A DNA stretch of 64,000 bases from Alphaproteobacteria bacterium (GTDB taxonomy: Bacteria > Pseudomonadota > Alphaproteobacteria > JAAXGF01). Where the stretch lies: the NCBI GenBank assembly GCA_963555825.3, contig CAUVXB020000002.1:672001-736000 (forward strand). Direction: 5' to 3'. Positions within the stretch are counted from its first letter, which is position 1. Every line of letters starts with the position of its first letter. The position numbers and the translations under genes were made by a program. The notes beneath the pieces were generated by a model, which saw only the letters and a list, made by a program, of their open reading frames with translations, was not told the DNA's origin and did no database searches. Shown here piece after piece: positions 29,361 to 39,581 of the stretch.

Positions 29361-31002
29361 CCGACATTCCCCATATACCATCCAAATTCGTGGAAATCGT
29401 ACCACTTTCCCACCGCCAAGGGAACTGTATCCCCTATGCAGCCATCCGATGGCATGATTTTGGTAATCGGCCCGCGCTTGGAAGGCCACTCGGTCATTTT
29501 TCTCGCCATCCAGACACACCTCTCCTGTCGCTTTCTCCTCGCCGTCGATTCCCTCGGCCTACGCCGGAGCGGGTCTTCGTCGCAGATCATCAATCAAGCT
29601 CAGGATTTTCCGGAACAGGTCCCTCGGCACCGCCACCTCAGCCAATTGGAACGTAACGTAGCGGCCATGTCGGACAACCTTGGCCCCGATCTTCACCAGC
29701 TTGTCGCGCAACGTCGTCATCGACCAGTGCTCCACCTCCTTCGGCAAAGCCAGTGTCCTCATGAAGTTGCCCAGATTGTAGGCCAGGGCGTGAAGCTGGA
29801 GCCGAACGGCATTGTTGCGGAACTTGCGACATGACAGACGGGTCCAGTTGATGGCGTTCTTGCCTTCCTTGATGTGCTGCTCCGCCGTGCCACGGTGATT
29901 ATAGAACGCCACCACCCGCTTGGTAGGGCGCGACAGATTAGTGACGATGAAACCGACGCGAGGAACCAGCTCGCCGGGGTGCCACTCCACTTTGGCCACG
30001 ACACGGCGCTTCTTGTTCCACGATCCGGCCTGATAGCTGAAGCTGGCGTGGAAACGGCGAACATGGTCGGGCGGGCGACCGACAGGTCGCGTAAGCAGAT
30101 GGGCAATGTTCCGCTGGAGAATCGCGTTCGCTTTGAGGCGGATGACGTAGAGTAATCCCTCGGCTTCGAGATATTCGTATATCTCCGGTGAGGCGAAGGC
30201 GGCATCGCCACGAAAATACAGCCGCACCTTCCTTTCCTTATAGCGCATCACCACCGGCTCCAGAACATTCCGCCATCCGTCGGCACTGTGAACATTACCG
30301 GGGCGCAGGGAACATCTCTCCAAGTCGCCGAACTGGTTGAACAGGAATAGCGGATGCTAGCAGGTACAGCCGAAGTGACCATTGTACGCTGTTCCCTCTT
30401 GTTCGCCATGGGTCGGGCTGACGCTGCTGTCCATGTCGAGAATGATCATCTTCGGCGGATGGCGGTCATGAACCTTGTCGATCCACACCCCGTTCATGTC
30501 GACCAAGGCTTCAACGTTCTCGTCGGTGGCCAATAGCTCCGTCTCGAAGCGTCCCATCTGGCTGGTGGAAGCGGCCTGTCTTTCGATGGCCTTGCCGCCA
30601 ACAATCCAGCGCATGGCGGGATCGCGTCCCAGACGGTCGGCATCGTTCACATCGTCATAGCCGCCAAGGCGCCCGAAAACGGACTGGCGAAACTGACCCG
30701 TCATGCCGTGCCATCCGTTCTTGCCGGTACGGCTATCCTGGAAAACACCCTCGGCCATCTCAGTCAGGCCGAGGGCATCGTCAAGCTCCCGGTAGGCGAG
30801 CAACCCGGCATCAGAGGTGATCTTGGAACCGTGGAATTCAAGCTTCAATCGACGGTCAAAAACGACCCGAAGGCACCCCGGTTTCGATTCACCCATCGGG
30901 TGTGCCATATCCGCCGCTCCATGTATGCTACAACTTCATGATTCTTATAGCAGAATCGCCTTCTCGCCGCACTGAATATCGACGATACTTGGGAAATGCG
31001 GG
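29361..31002 (-). mobile_element. IS1380-family element, copy 3
   Basis: Ends CCGACATTCCCCA... and ...GGGAAATGCGGG. Confidence 0.9.
29559..30908 (-). pseudogene. IS1380 transposase with an in-frame TAG at 30357-30359
   Basis: GCTC*HPLFL, where the paralogs read GCTCYHPL. Confidence 0.9.
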
Positions 31003-31174
31003 CTAAAGCCTCAGCCATGCTGCCAAAGCATTCCTTCCCGAAAAGCTCCTCGGAGTACATTCATCCGCGTTCTCCGTCAGCGGGGACCAACATTCCGCCG
31101 CTCGACCTCCCGGCTGTACTGCCGCTCGTCCTGGCGCGCCAGCATCCATCGCGGGACCCTCACCCGCACCCGGC

Positions 31175-31353
31175 TGTCGAGAACATTCTGAGTTGACCGG
31201 TTTATGTACCATATGAGTTGACCGCTTCTGTTGCGGTTTCTGGCCCTGTGGGGAAGTGGTCGGTCGCGGAGCGGCTGTCCACTTGTCTACAGGGCGCCGG
31301 TCGGTCGCGTCGAAGCGGGTCACGCGGCCTCGCGGCTTGCCGTAGCGACCGCC
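31175..31353 (-). mobile_element. probable right end of a second IS21-type element
   Basis: TGT terminus with tandem TGAGTTGACCG repeats. A possible istB 3' tail (…ATASREAA*) at ~31320-31353. Confidence 0.5.
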
Positions 31354-31456
31354 GAGAGTCTGGCGTAGGCAAGCCGGCTATCCACAGCGGAGGCCATCGC
31401 GGTTCCGGTTTAGGGTTGGGCTAGTGCGAACCAACCTGACCCGAAGGAGAACCACG

Positions 31457-32653
31457 ATGATCCAGGACATGATGACCCTACGCGCGCTTTTGGAGAAGAG
31501 CTCCGATGCCGATCTGCTTCGCGAGATGATCGGCTTCACGGCCGAGCGGCTGATGGCACTGGAGGTCGAGGGCCTGACCGGCGCCGCTCACGGCGAGCGC
31601 TCGGCGGATCGTATCACCCACCGCAACGGCTACCGCGACCGGTCCTGGGAGACCCGGGCCGGCACGGTCGAGTTGAAGATCCCGAAGCTGAGGAAGGGGA
31701 GCTACTTCCCCGGCTTCCTGGAGCCGCGGCGGATGGCCGAGAAGGCGCTGGCTGCGGTGATCCAGGAGGCCTACATCCAGGGCGTGTCGACCCGCTCGGT
31801 CGACGATCTGGTTCAGGCGATGGGGATGTCGGGCGTCTCCAAGAGCCAGGTCTCCAGGCTGTGCGGCGAGATCGACGATAAGGTCAACGGCTTCCTTGAT
31901 CGACCGCTGGAGGGCGACTGGCCCTATCTGTGGCTGGATGCGACTTATGTGAAGGTGCGCCAGACCGGACGCATCGTCTCGGTCGCGGTGACCGTGGCTG
32001 TGGCCGTCAACGACCAAGGCCGCCGCGAGGTCCTGGGCATGGCGATCGGCGCGTCGGAGGCCGAGACCTTCTGGACTGAGTTCCTGCGCTCGCTGGCCCG
32101 GCGCGGGCTGCGCGGCGTGAAGCTGGTGATCTCCGACGACCACAAGGGCCTGAAGGCCGCCGCGACCCGGATCCTCGGCGCCACCTGGCAAAGATGCCGC
32201 GTGCACTTCGCCCGCAACCTGCTGGCCCATGCCGGCCGCCAGGGTCGGCGCGTCGTCTCCGCCTTCGTCGCCACCGCCTTCGCCCAGGAGGACGCCGACA
32301 GCGCGAAGGTCCAGTGGCGTCAGGTCGCCGACCAACTCAGGCCCAAGGTCCCCAAGCTCGCCGCCCTGATGGACGAAGCCGAGCACGACGTCCTCGCCTA
32401 CATGAGCTTCCCCAAGGAGCACCGCCAGAAGTTGCATTCGACCAACCCGATCGAACGGCTCCATGCCGAGGTCAAGCGCCGCACCAACGTCGTCGGCATC
32501 TTTCCCAACGAAGACGCCATCACACGGCTCGTCGGCGCCATCCTTCTCGAGCAGAACGACGAGTGGGCCGTCTCAAGGAGATACATGACGCTGGAATCCA
32601 TCGCTCCGCTGGGCGATGGTGTCCCCATCACGCTGCCCACCGTGGCAGCCTGA
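31457..32653 (+). CDS. IS256-family transposase
   Basis: [33 protein letters not shown] and STNPIERL motifs. Confidence 0.95.
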   Translation: MIQDMMTLRALLEKSSDADLLREMIGFTAERLMALEVEGLTGAAHGERSADRITHRNGYRDRSWETRAGTVELKIPKLRKGSYFPGFLEPRRMAEKALAAVIQEAYIQGVSTRSVDDLVQAMGMSGVSKSQVSRLCGEIDDKVNGFLDRPLEGDWPYLWLDATYVKVRQTGRIVSVAVTVAVAVNDQGRREVLGMAIGASEAETFWTEFLRSLARRGLRGVKLVISDDHKGLKAAATRILGATWQRCRVHFARNLLAHAGRQGRRVVSAFVATAFAQEDADSAKVQWRQVADQLRPKVPKLAALMDEAEHDVLAYMSFPKEHRQKLHSTNPIERLHAEVKRRTNVVGIFPNEDAITRLVGAILLEQNDEWAVSRRYMTLESIAPLGDGVPITLPTVAA

Positions 32654-32701
32654 ACGTCCCGGCCCTACCCGCCGGGAGCCGCGTAGAGCGCAACGCTCTT
32701 A

Positions 32702-33877
32702 TACCAGTGAGCGCCTGAATTGACTCTCGGGATATTCATTGATGGCGGATGATGGCGGATTGTGATTCTATGGTCTCCCACCAGATGTGGGGGATGTCAT
32801 GGGATCAGCACTCAAGATACGGGATGATTTGACGCCTTTGGAGCTTCGGCGCTGGGCTCGCGTGGAATCGTACGGTCGAGCGGCGGCGCGGGCCTATGGG
32901 ATCGCGAATGCTTTGGAGGAGATGCCCCGGGCTGATGCCGCGCGGCTTGCGGGGATGGATCGCCAAACGCTTCGCGACGCGGTTGTTCGTTACAATGCAA
33001 AGGGATTGGAGGGGCTTCACGACCGTCCAAAGGGCTACTCGCCGCGGCGGCTGACGGCAGACGAGGAAGCGGCGCTGGCGGCGGTCATCATCGCCGGGCC
33101 GGAGCCTGAGCGCGACGGGGTTTGCGCCTGGACCCGGGCCGATCTGTGCCGCTGGCTGGAGGAGCGCTTCGCCAAGACCTACCACCCCTCGAGCATGACC
33201 CGGGTTCTACGGCGGATGGGATTTTCCCGCCAGAAGGCGCGCCCGAGCCACCCGCGAAGGGACGCCGAAGCGCAGGAGCGCTTCAAAAAAGGGGGCTTCG
33301 CGACATCCTGAAGGCGACCGCCGCGGCGCATCCCGACAAGCGCCTACAGCTGTGGTTTCAGGATGAAGCGCGCGTCGGCAACAAGGGCCGGGTGTGTCAC
33401 CGGTGGTGGCCCAGGGGCGAGCGTGCCCCCGGGACGCGTCAAATCGGCTACCAGTGGGCCTACATCTTCTCCGCCGTGCGCCCGGACACCGGCGACGACG
33501 TCACCCTGGTGATGCCGAGCGTCAACGCCAAGGTCATGGACCTGTTTCTCGCACACTTCGCCGATACCCTGGACCAGGATGCGCACGCCGTCATGATGTG
33601 CGACGGCGCCGGTTGGCACGACGAGCGCGCCCTCACCGTCCCCGACAACGTCACCTTGGCGCTGTTGCCGCCTTACAGTCCCGAACTCAACCCCGTCGAG
33701 CGGGTTTGGCTCTACCTACGCGAACGCTTCCTATCGCTCCGCGTCCTCGACGACACCGAGGCCATCATCGACGCCTGTTGCCAAGCATGGATCGACCTCA
33801 TCGCAGAACCGGATCGTATGCGAACCCTCTGCGCCTATCCATGGATCATGAAGGTGATTTCATAGGCTCACTGGTAT
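32702..33877 (+). mobile_element. IS630-family element, copy 1 (1176 bp)
   Basis: IR TACCAGTGAGC, TA duplicated at 32700-32701 and 33878-33879. Confidence 0.93.
32799..33865 (+). CDS. IS630 transposase, two ORFs joined by a probable -1 programmed frameshift
   Basis: HTH ORF plus FQDEAR / CDGAGWH / PYSPELNPVE ORF. Slippery AAAAAAG at 33285-33291, present in both copies. Confidence 0.88.
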
Positions 33878-33989
33878 TACACCACCTGCCGGGACACGAT
33901 CCCACAGGATGCAAACCGGAGTGTATTATAGTCGGCAACTGACGGGTCGAAAAGACCCTAACACCATGTAATATCGCATCTATCGTATG

Positions 33990-35004
33990 ACATGTACCGA
34001 CTTGTCACGCCAGACCATGATGATTGCCGATCACCAGCCGTTCTACTGCCAGACTGAAGCCTACCGGCGCGAGGGGATCGATCTCGACCGCACCATGCTG
34101 GGCAACTGGGCCGGGCGCGGGGTGCAGTTCCTGGCTCCCGGTCATCGACCGGATGATCGACCACCTCAAGGCGTCCGACTGCCTGTTCATGGACGAGGCC
34201 ACGGTACCGGTGCTGGCGCCGGGGACCGGGCAGACCCGTCTCGACTATCTGTGGGCGATCGCCCGCGATCAGCGCGGCCATGGCGGTCCCGACCCGCCGA
34301 TCGTGGAGTTCCACCACTCGCGCAATCGCAGCGCCAAGGTAGCCCTGGAACTGATGCGCGACTATGCCGGCGGCGACCCGCTGCATGTCGATGGCTACAC
34401 AGTGTACGACGCGCTCGGCGATCCGGGACGGGTCTCCAACCCATGGGATCTCGCATACTGTTGGGTCCACTGGCGGAGACGGTTTGTGGAGTTCCAGCGC
34501 GGCACGGCGTCGCCCGTGTGCGAGGAGATACTCGGACGCATCGCGGCGCTGTCCCGGATAGAGGCCATGGTGCGCGGCCATCCACCGGAGCACCGGCTTA
34601 AGGTCCGACAGGAACTCTCGACGCCGATCGTCGAGGCCCTGCGGCCCTGGGTCGAAGCCCAGCTTGGGCGCCTGTCGAGCGCATCCGAGCTCGCCAGGCA
34701 TATCCGATACGCCCTCAAGCGCTCGAACGGCCTGAGCCGGCTCTTCCATGACCGGCGTATCGAGATGGACACCATTCCTGTCGGGAACCTCATCCGCCTG
34801 GTGAAGCTCACAAAGAAAAACGCACTCTTCGCCGACAGTGACGACAGCGCCAAAACCTGGGCGCGATGCGCCAGCCTGACCGACACCCTGAGCCGGATCG
34901 TCGACATGCACTCCATGTCATTCCTCAACGATCTAATGCCCTGGAACTTCACCCCGGCAATCCCGACCGTCACTCGTCAAGAAGGTTAACGGCGCGGCGC
35001 TTAC
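33990..35004 (+). pseudogene. degenerate IS66 TnpC fragment and right end
   Basis: DHQPFYCQ, MDEATVPVLAPGTG, HVDGYTVY and YCWVHWRRRF motifs with a frameshift. End ...GGCGCTTAC at 35004. Confidence 0.85.
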
Positions 35005-35116
35005 GTTTGAACCGGTAGCTGTCGTTTCCGGTCTCGACGATGTGGCAATGGTGGGTTAGGCGATCGAGGAGAGCGGTTGTCATTTTCTCGTCGCTAAAGA
35101 CCGTCGGCCATTCGGC
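35005..35116 (-). pseudogene. IstB fragment
   Basis: [37 protein letters not shown] on the minus strand. Confidence 0.8.
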
Positions 35117-35242
35117 CTGGCTTTACGCCGTTGGCGCCATGTCGACGAGTTCATCCATGTGTTGACTGGGGGTTGACACAATTATTAAACCACAGACGTG
35201 GAAATTCGTATATCTATAACTGATTGATATTACACATATGTT

Positions 35243-36139
35243 TTATACAAGATTCAGATTCTTAAATATGTCGATCAAATTGTTCGTGCCAGAACCGGGA
35301 AAGGCGAGGACGCCCTTCGGCAGGAAGTTCAACAGCACGTCGTTACGCCGGAAGGGCGCGGCCTTGCCGTCCCGGTCCCAGTTCGGCTTGCACACGACCT
35401 GATGCACTCCGTTCTTCTCGGCCCAGCTTGCCGCGATCTTCTCCGCGCCGGGTCCGCCGCCGTGTAGCAGGACCATGTCATCGTACTTGATCTTGATGCT
35501 GTCCAGCGAGCGCCAGATGGCGGTGACGTCGTCGAAGTCCTTGCCGCCGGCGAAGGCGACCAGGGTGCCTTCGGGGAGATGCGCGGAGGTCTCGCGGTCT
35601 TTGCGGGCGCGCAGGTAGTCGCGGGCGTCGATGGCGGCGGACGTGAGTTTGCCGGTCTGGCTGCTGTGCGATCCGTTGCGCGGGCGCCAGGTCTCGCCTG
35701 TCTCGGCGCGGTATCCCTCGGCGGCGAGGTCGCGCATGGCCTCGAAGGCGTCGCGGCGGTCGCCGAGGTTCTGGACCCGATCGGTGAGGAGTTCCAGCTC
35801 GCGCGACTTGATCTCGGAGCCGTCCTGCTCTTGGCCGAGGTCTTTCATCTCGGGCGCGATCTTGTCGATGCCGCGGTCGAGGCGCTGGACCTGGGCGTGC
35901 AGCGTATTGACGAAACCCCAAAGCAGGCTCTCGCGTTCGTCGGAGAGTTGCGTGCCGTCCGGTGCGACCACACCGGCCAGGATGTGGATCGCTTCCTCGA
36001 TCCCGGCAAGCGCCTCTTCCTCGTTCCAGATCTCCCGGTTGTCGAACTCGTCGGGACCAGGGGTCGCGCCGAACAGGGCGGCCTGTTCGCAAGCCATTGC
36101 GGTCTGCGATGACGTTTCGGTGCTGATGAAGTTCTGCAT
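35243..36139 (-). CDS. DUF2493 / YspA-like SLOG domain protein (C-terminus probably truncated)
   Basis: GTLVAFAGG, VLLHGG, GAEKIAASWA and AAPFRRND motifs. Runs into AT-rich DNA after FPGSG. Confidence 0.8.
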   Translation of the reverse strand: MQNFISTETSSQTAMACEQAALFGATPGPDEFDNREIWNEEEALAGIEEAIHILAGVVAPDGTQLSDERESLLWGFVNTLHAQVQRLDRGIDKIAPEMKDLGQEQDGSEIKSRELELLTDRVQNLGDRRDAFEAMRDLAAEGYRAETGETWRPRNGSHSSQTGKLTSAAIDARDYLRARKDRETSAHLPEGTLVAFAGGKDFDDVTAIWRSLDSIKIKYDDMVLLHGGGPGAEKIAASWAEKNGVHQVVCKPNWDRDGKAAPFRRNDVLLNFLPKGVLAFPGSGTNNLIDIFKNLNLV

Positions 36140-36427
36140 GATTCTCTCCATTGCTATGTTGCTATCCTCCGAGGCGGGCCGCCTCGTCGTGATGACTCTT
36201 TGTTTCACGCGCTCGCAGCGGAGCCACGATGGCCGGAATGCCTGCGCCGGGGGGATGCGCGAGTGGTGCGGGCGCAGGGAGCGGAGCGAGCGAGCCACGG
36301 TCGCGTATTCCACCGGCGTTAGCCGCGCAGCGGCGTGGCATTGCTCGCTATCGCCGTAACGGAGCGTGAGCGGAGTGGAGGACCCCGCAGGGGTTGGCGC
36401 AGTGAGAACGTGTGACACAATGAGACA

Positions 36428-37470
36428 TCATGACGGGATAATTATTCTCCCACTCCCACCCCTCTCTTCCCCCGTTGCCGCGGACTTGGAGCTTGCAATA
36501 AGGGGGGCGATCCGGGCCGCGAGGGTTTCTTCCCCGAAGGCAACGAGGTCGTCGTTGAAATCGGAGCGTTCAGGAACGATCACGATTGAGGGAATGCCGC
36601 GTTCCACGCAACGGAGCTGAAGACGGTTCGCGGCGTGCCCGCCTTCCACGTCTTTATCGGGGGCGATGACCAATAGGGCGAGGTCTTGGAGCGGTTCGAA
36701 GGCGCCGAGGCTGCCCGCTGATAGAGCCGCCGCGGCATGAATGCCGGGGACGGCGGTGACCAGCGACAGCACGGTTTCGATGCCTTCACCGGCAAGCAAG
36801 GTCGCGCCGGAGGCGGACCCGCCCAAGCGCACGGCCCGGCCGTGGACGCGCCCAAGCGCTTTGCGCGGGCGGGCGAGGTTGGCTTTCTCGGGTCGCTTGG
36901 GGTCAAGCCAGGTACGCTGCACACCCTCGACGGCGCCGTCATTGCCGGTAACGGCGGCGACCAGCGCCGGGAGGCGGTGGATGCCGTCATCGCCCCGATG
37001 GATGAGATCGGGATGAAACCGCAAGGCCGGGAAGCGGCAATGGCCGATGGCGCGGGCGCGTAGATAGGCTTCCGCATGGGTGCCATCGATGGGGCGGCAG
37101 CGGCGCCAGAGGCGGCGTGCCGCTTCCTCGCGGTCATAGCCGCCGGCGTGATCTCCGGCATTTGCGGGAGCGGATCGCGGCAATGAGAGGAATGCGAGGG
37201 CCTCATCCATGGCGTGCCGCAGCGATGCTCCGCCGGTGTGCAGACGGATGAGATCGAGCAGATCGCCATGCTCGCCGGTCGCGGCGTCGGTCCATTTTCC
37301 GGGTATGCCGGGGGGCGCCAGGCGCACGAAGAGCGAGCGCCCCTTGGCGCCGCGCCGCTTGTGTCGCCGATGGTCCAGTATCTGCCCTGCCTGCGTCCGC
37401 GGGGAAGGTAGCGGCGGCATACATCTTCGGCCCGTGTGCTTAACGCAGCGGCAATTTCAGTGGCGTTCAT
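36428..37470 (-). pseudogene. Toprim-domain primase-like protein (DUF7146 type), frameshifted near 37355
   Basis: AEDVCRRYLPRG...W in one frame; GKWTDAATGEHGDLLDLI, AEAYLRAR, GEGIETVLS and DFNDDL in another. Confidence 0.82.
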
Positions 37471-37734
37471 GGGACGCGATTCCTTTGGGGAGCGATGGCG
37501 TGAAACGGTTGCATGGGGAACCTCTCGTGCCTGTTGCGGGACGCCCCCTCCAGGCCCGCCTCGAACTTTTGCCGGTGAGGGCCGCGGGAGCGGAGCGCGC
37601 AGCGCGGCCGCTCCGCGTCCACGCTTTGGGAACTCTGTGGAGGCGGACTCGAACGGGACTCCGAAAAATAAGGGCCAGCCCCACGCCAACATGGCGGGGA
37701 CTGGCCCTGAGTTATGCGGGAGGGAGGAAGCCCG

Positions 37735-38172
37735 CTAGAACGGAATTTCGCTGTCATCCACCGTCGCGGCGGTTTCGGCGGAAGGCACGGCGTCGCCGTT
37801 CATCGACGGCGCGCCGTTGCCGTTCGGCTTATCGAGGAACTGGACCCTGCCGCCGGGGACCAGCAGGATCTCGGTCGAGAACCGGTCGCTGTCCTCGCCG
37901 TCCTTGCGCCACTTGCGGGTCTGCAGCTTGCCCGAGACGTAGACCAGGCGGCCCTTCTTCGCGTGCTTCTCCAGCATCTCCACCAGGCCGTCCTGGAAGG
38001 TGACGATGCGATGCCACTCGGTGCGGTCCACCTTATCGCCCGAGTTTTTGTCGAGGTAGCTTTCGTCGGTCGCGATCGAGACGTTGGCGACACGGCCGCC
38101 GTTGGTGAGATGGCTGATGGTGGCGTCGGCGCCGAGGCGTCCGATCAACTGGGCGTTATTCAGTCCGAACAT
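37735..38172 (-). CDS. ssb: single-stranded DNA-binding protein
   Basis: LIGRLGAD, TEWHRIV, KGRLVYVSGKLQTRKW motifs and acidic tail DDSEIPF. Confidence 0.95.
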   Translation of the reverse strand: MFGLNNAQLIGRLGADATISHLTNGGRVANVSIATDESYLDKNSGDKVDRTEWHRIVTFQDGLVEMLEKHAKKGRLVYVSGKLQTRKWRKDGEDSDRFSTEILLVPGGRVQFLDKPNGNGAPSMNGDAVPSAETAATVDDSEIPF

Positions 38173-38278
38173 GATCAATCTCCTATGATCCGGGTTATGA
38201 CATCGGGTTAGCGAACGGGGTTAGGCCTCTCTCGACCCTTCCTCCTTCACACTTCTCCAAGCCCCCCTCTTTCTCTAT

Positions 38279-38470
38279 TCAGCCGTCCGCCCCGGTATAT
38301 GTCCGGGAGCCGAGAACCTCGCGGATCGCGTGGGCAGGCAATCCGGCCGCGGCCAGCAGCGCGCCGGCGTCGGGAAGCGGTGCGGCGAAGTCTGGATCGG
38401 CATCTCCTGTGCTGCCGGGATCGAAAAGGGTGTCGTTGGACTCGGGCGAGGTATGTCTGGAATCGAACAT
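38279..38470 (-). CDS. small hypothetical protein (63 aa)
   Basis: MFDSRHTSPE start with RBS GGAG, co-oriented with the element genes. Confidence 0.4.
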   Translation of the reverse strand: MFDSRHTSPESNDTLFDPGSTGDADPDFAAPLPDAGALLAAAGLPAHAIREVLGSRTYTGADG

Positions 38471-38659
38471 CTGGCATCTCCGGTTGATGGGGTTGAGACA
38501 CCGCCCGGAGGGAACTCTCTTTTCCCTTGGGCGCGTCGCCCTTCTCTTTGCCTTCCTCAAACTCTCTTGCACGTTGGTCGAGGCAGGCCGGAGAGTTCGG
38601 GGGCATCGCCCGGCGGCAACCGGTGGCACGATTTTGCCCGGCAACCGTCGCTCAGGTTG

Positions 38660-38974
38660 TCAAAGGACCGCGTCGTTGGCGTCCATGATGGCGATGACGG
38701 CGTCGTCGAGGCTGCCCCTCGCGCTCATCAAGGTGTGTTCCAGATGGAGAAGCCGGTGGCGGAGCCCGGCGCGGTCGTCGCAGGACGGGTTGCCGGGCAG
38801 ACGCATGATGGCGTTCCGCAACTCGGCGAAGCGTTCCGCCAGATCTTTCATGTGGGCAGCGGCTTCACGTGCGCCGGTCCGTGCTTCCGGCAGGAATCCG
38901 CCGGTATCGGGCCGGGCGCAGGGCATGGTTTTGAACTCGCCGGTCGTGGAGCGTGGTGTGAGGGTATCGAACAT
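38660..38974 (-). CDS. small hypothetical helical protein
   Basis: RBS GGAGGA, 104 aa, amphipathic helices. Confidence 0.6.
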   Translation of the reverse strand: MFDTLTPRSTTGEFKTMPCARPDTGGFLPEARTGAREAAAHMKDLAERFAELRNAIMRLPGNPSCDDRAGLRHRLLHLEHTLMSARGSLDDAVIAIMDANDAVL

Positions 38975-39185
38975 CGGGTTCCTCCGTGCATTGCATGACA
39001 GAATGTCGGCGATGCCGGGAGAATTAGCTCCTGCGCATCGCCCGGACCACCCCTGCCGTGCTGCCCTCGGCCTCTATGAGCCGCAACAAGCGGGTGGGAG
39101 GATCACGCGACATGGCTTGCCCCACTTGCCTGTAGCCCGAACATGCCGGAGGGCACGCTGCCGGCTGTAAACCGGCCGGTACGGT

Positions 39186-39442
39186 TCAATGGGTGGTTTC
39201 ATCGTGGGCGGCGGACATGGCCCGGCCGGCGATGGCGGACCAGGCATCGTAGTCGAGCCCGAGGCGGGCGTTCAGGCGATTGCAGATTCGCAGGGCGTCA
39301 TCGAGTGTGAGCGCAAAAAGTGCAGTTGGGACGTAACCGGGCACGTTGTCGAACACGATTCGGATCTGCTGGGGCACGTTCGAGGTCATAACTGGGGCAA
39401 AACGCATAGACGGGATCGTCCGGCAGGGTGTGTGACGTCATG
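39186..39442 (-). CDS. small hypothetical protein
   Basis: C-terminal part IRIVFDNVPGYVPT...CNRLNARLG. The true start (MTSHTLPDDPVYAF, RBS GGAAG) may lie in another frame. Confidence 0.5.
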
Positions 39443-39581
39443 GCGATATCTTCCATATGGCGGATTGGACTGTTCGTGCCTGTGGCCGGCGCAAAGGCGC
39501 AAATCACTGGAAGCGCGCGTGGTGGGCGGCAACAAGCGTTCGGACGCCTCCGTTCCGGATACCTGGCGGGAGCGTGCGGGT

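Larger units (their letters stand above)
31354..33901 (+). mobile_element. IS256-family element C (right IR interrupted by IS630)
   Basis: Transposase followed by CTCTTA[IS630]TACACCACCTGCCGGGACACGATC, an IS256-type right end. Left boundary approximate. Confidence 0.8.

Noticed and set aside
32741-32760. Tandem GATGGCGGAT x2 as a repeat array
   Set aside because: Only two units, internal to the IS630 left end and present in both copies.
33281-33300. IS630 frameshift as a pseudogene or sequencing error
   Set aside because: The same A6G slippery site occurs in both copies, consistent with programmed frameshifting known in this family.
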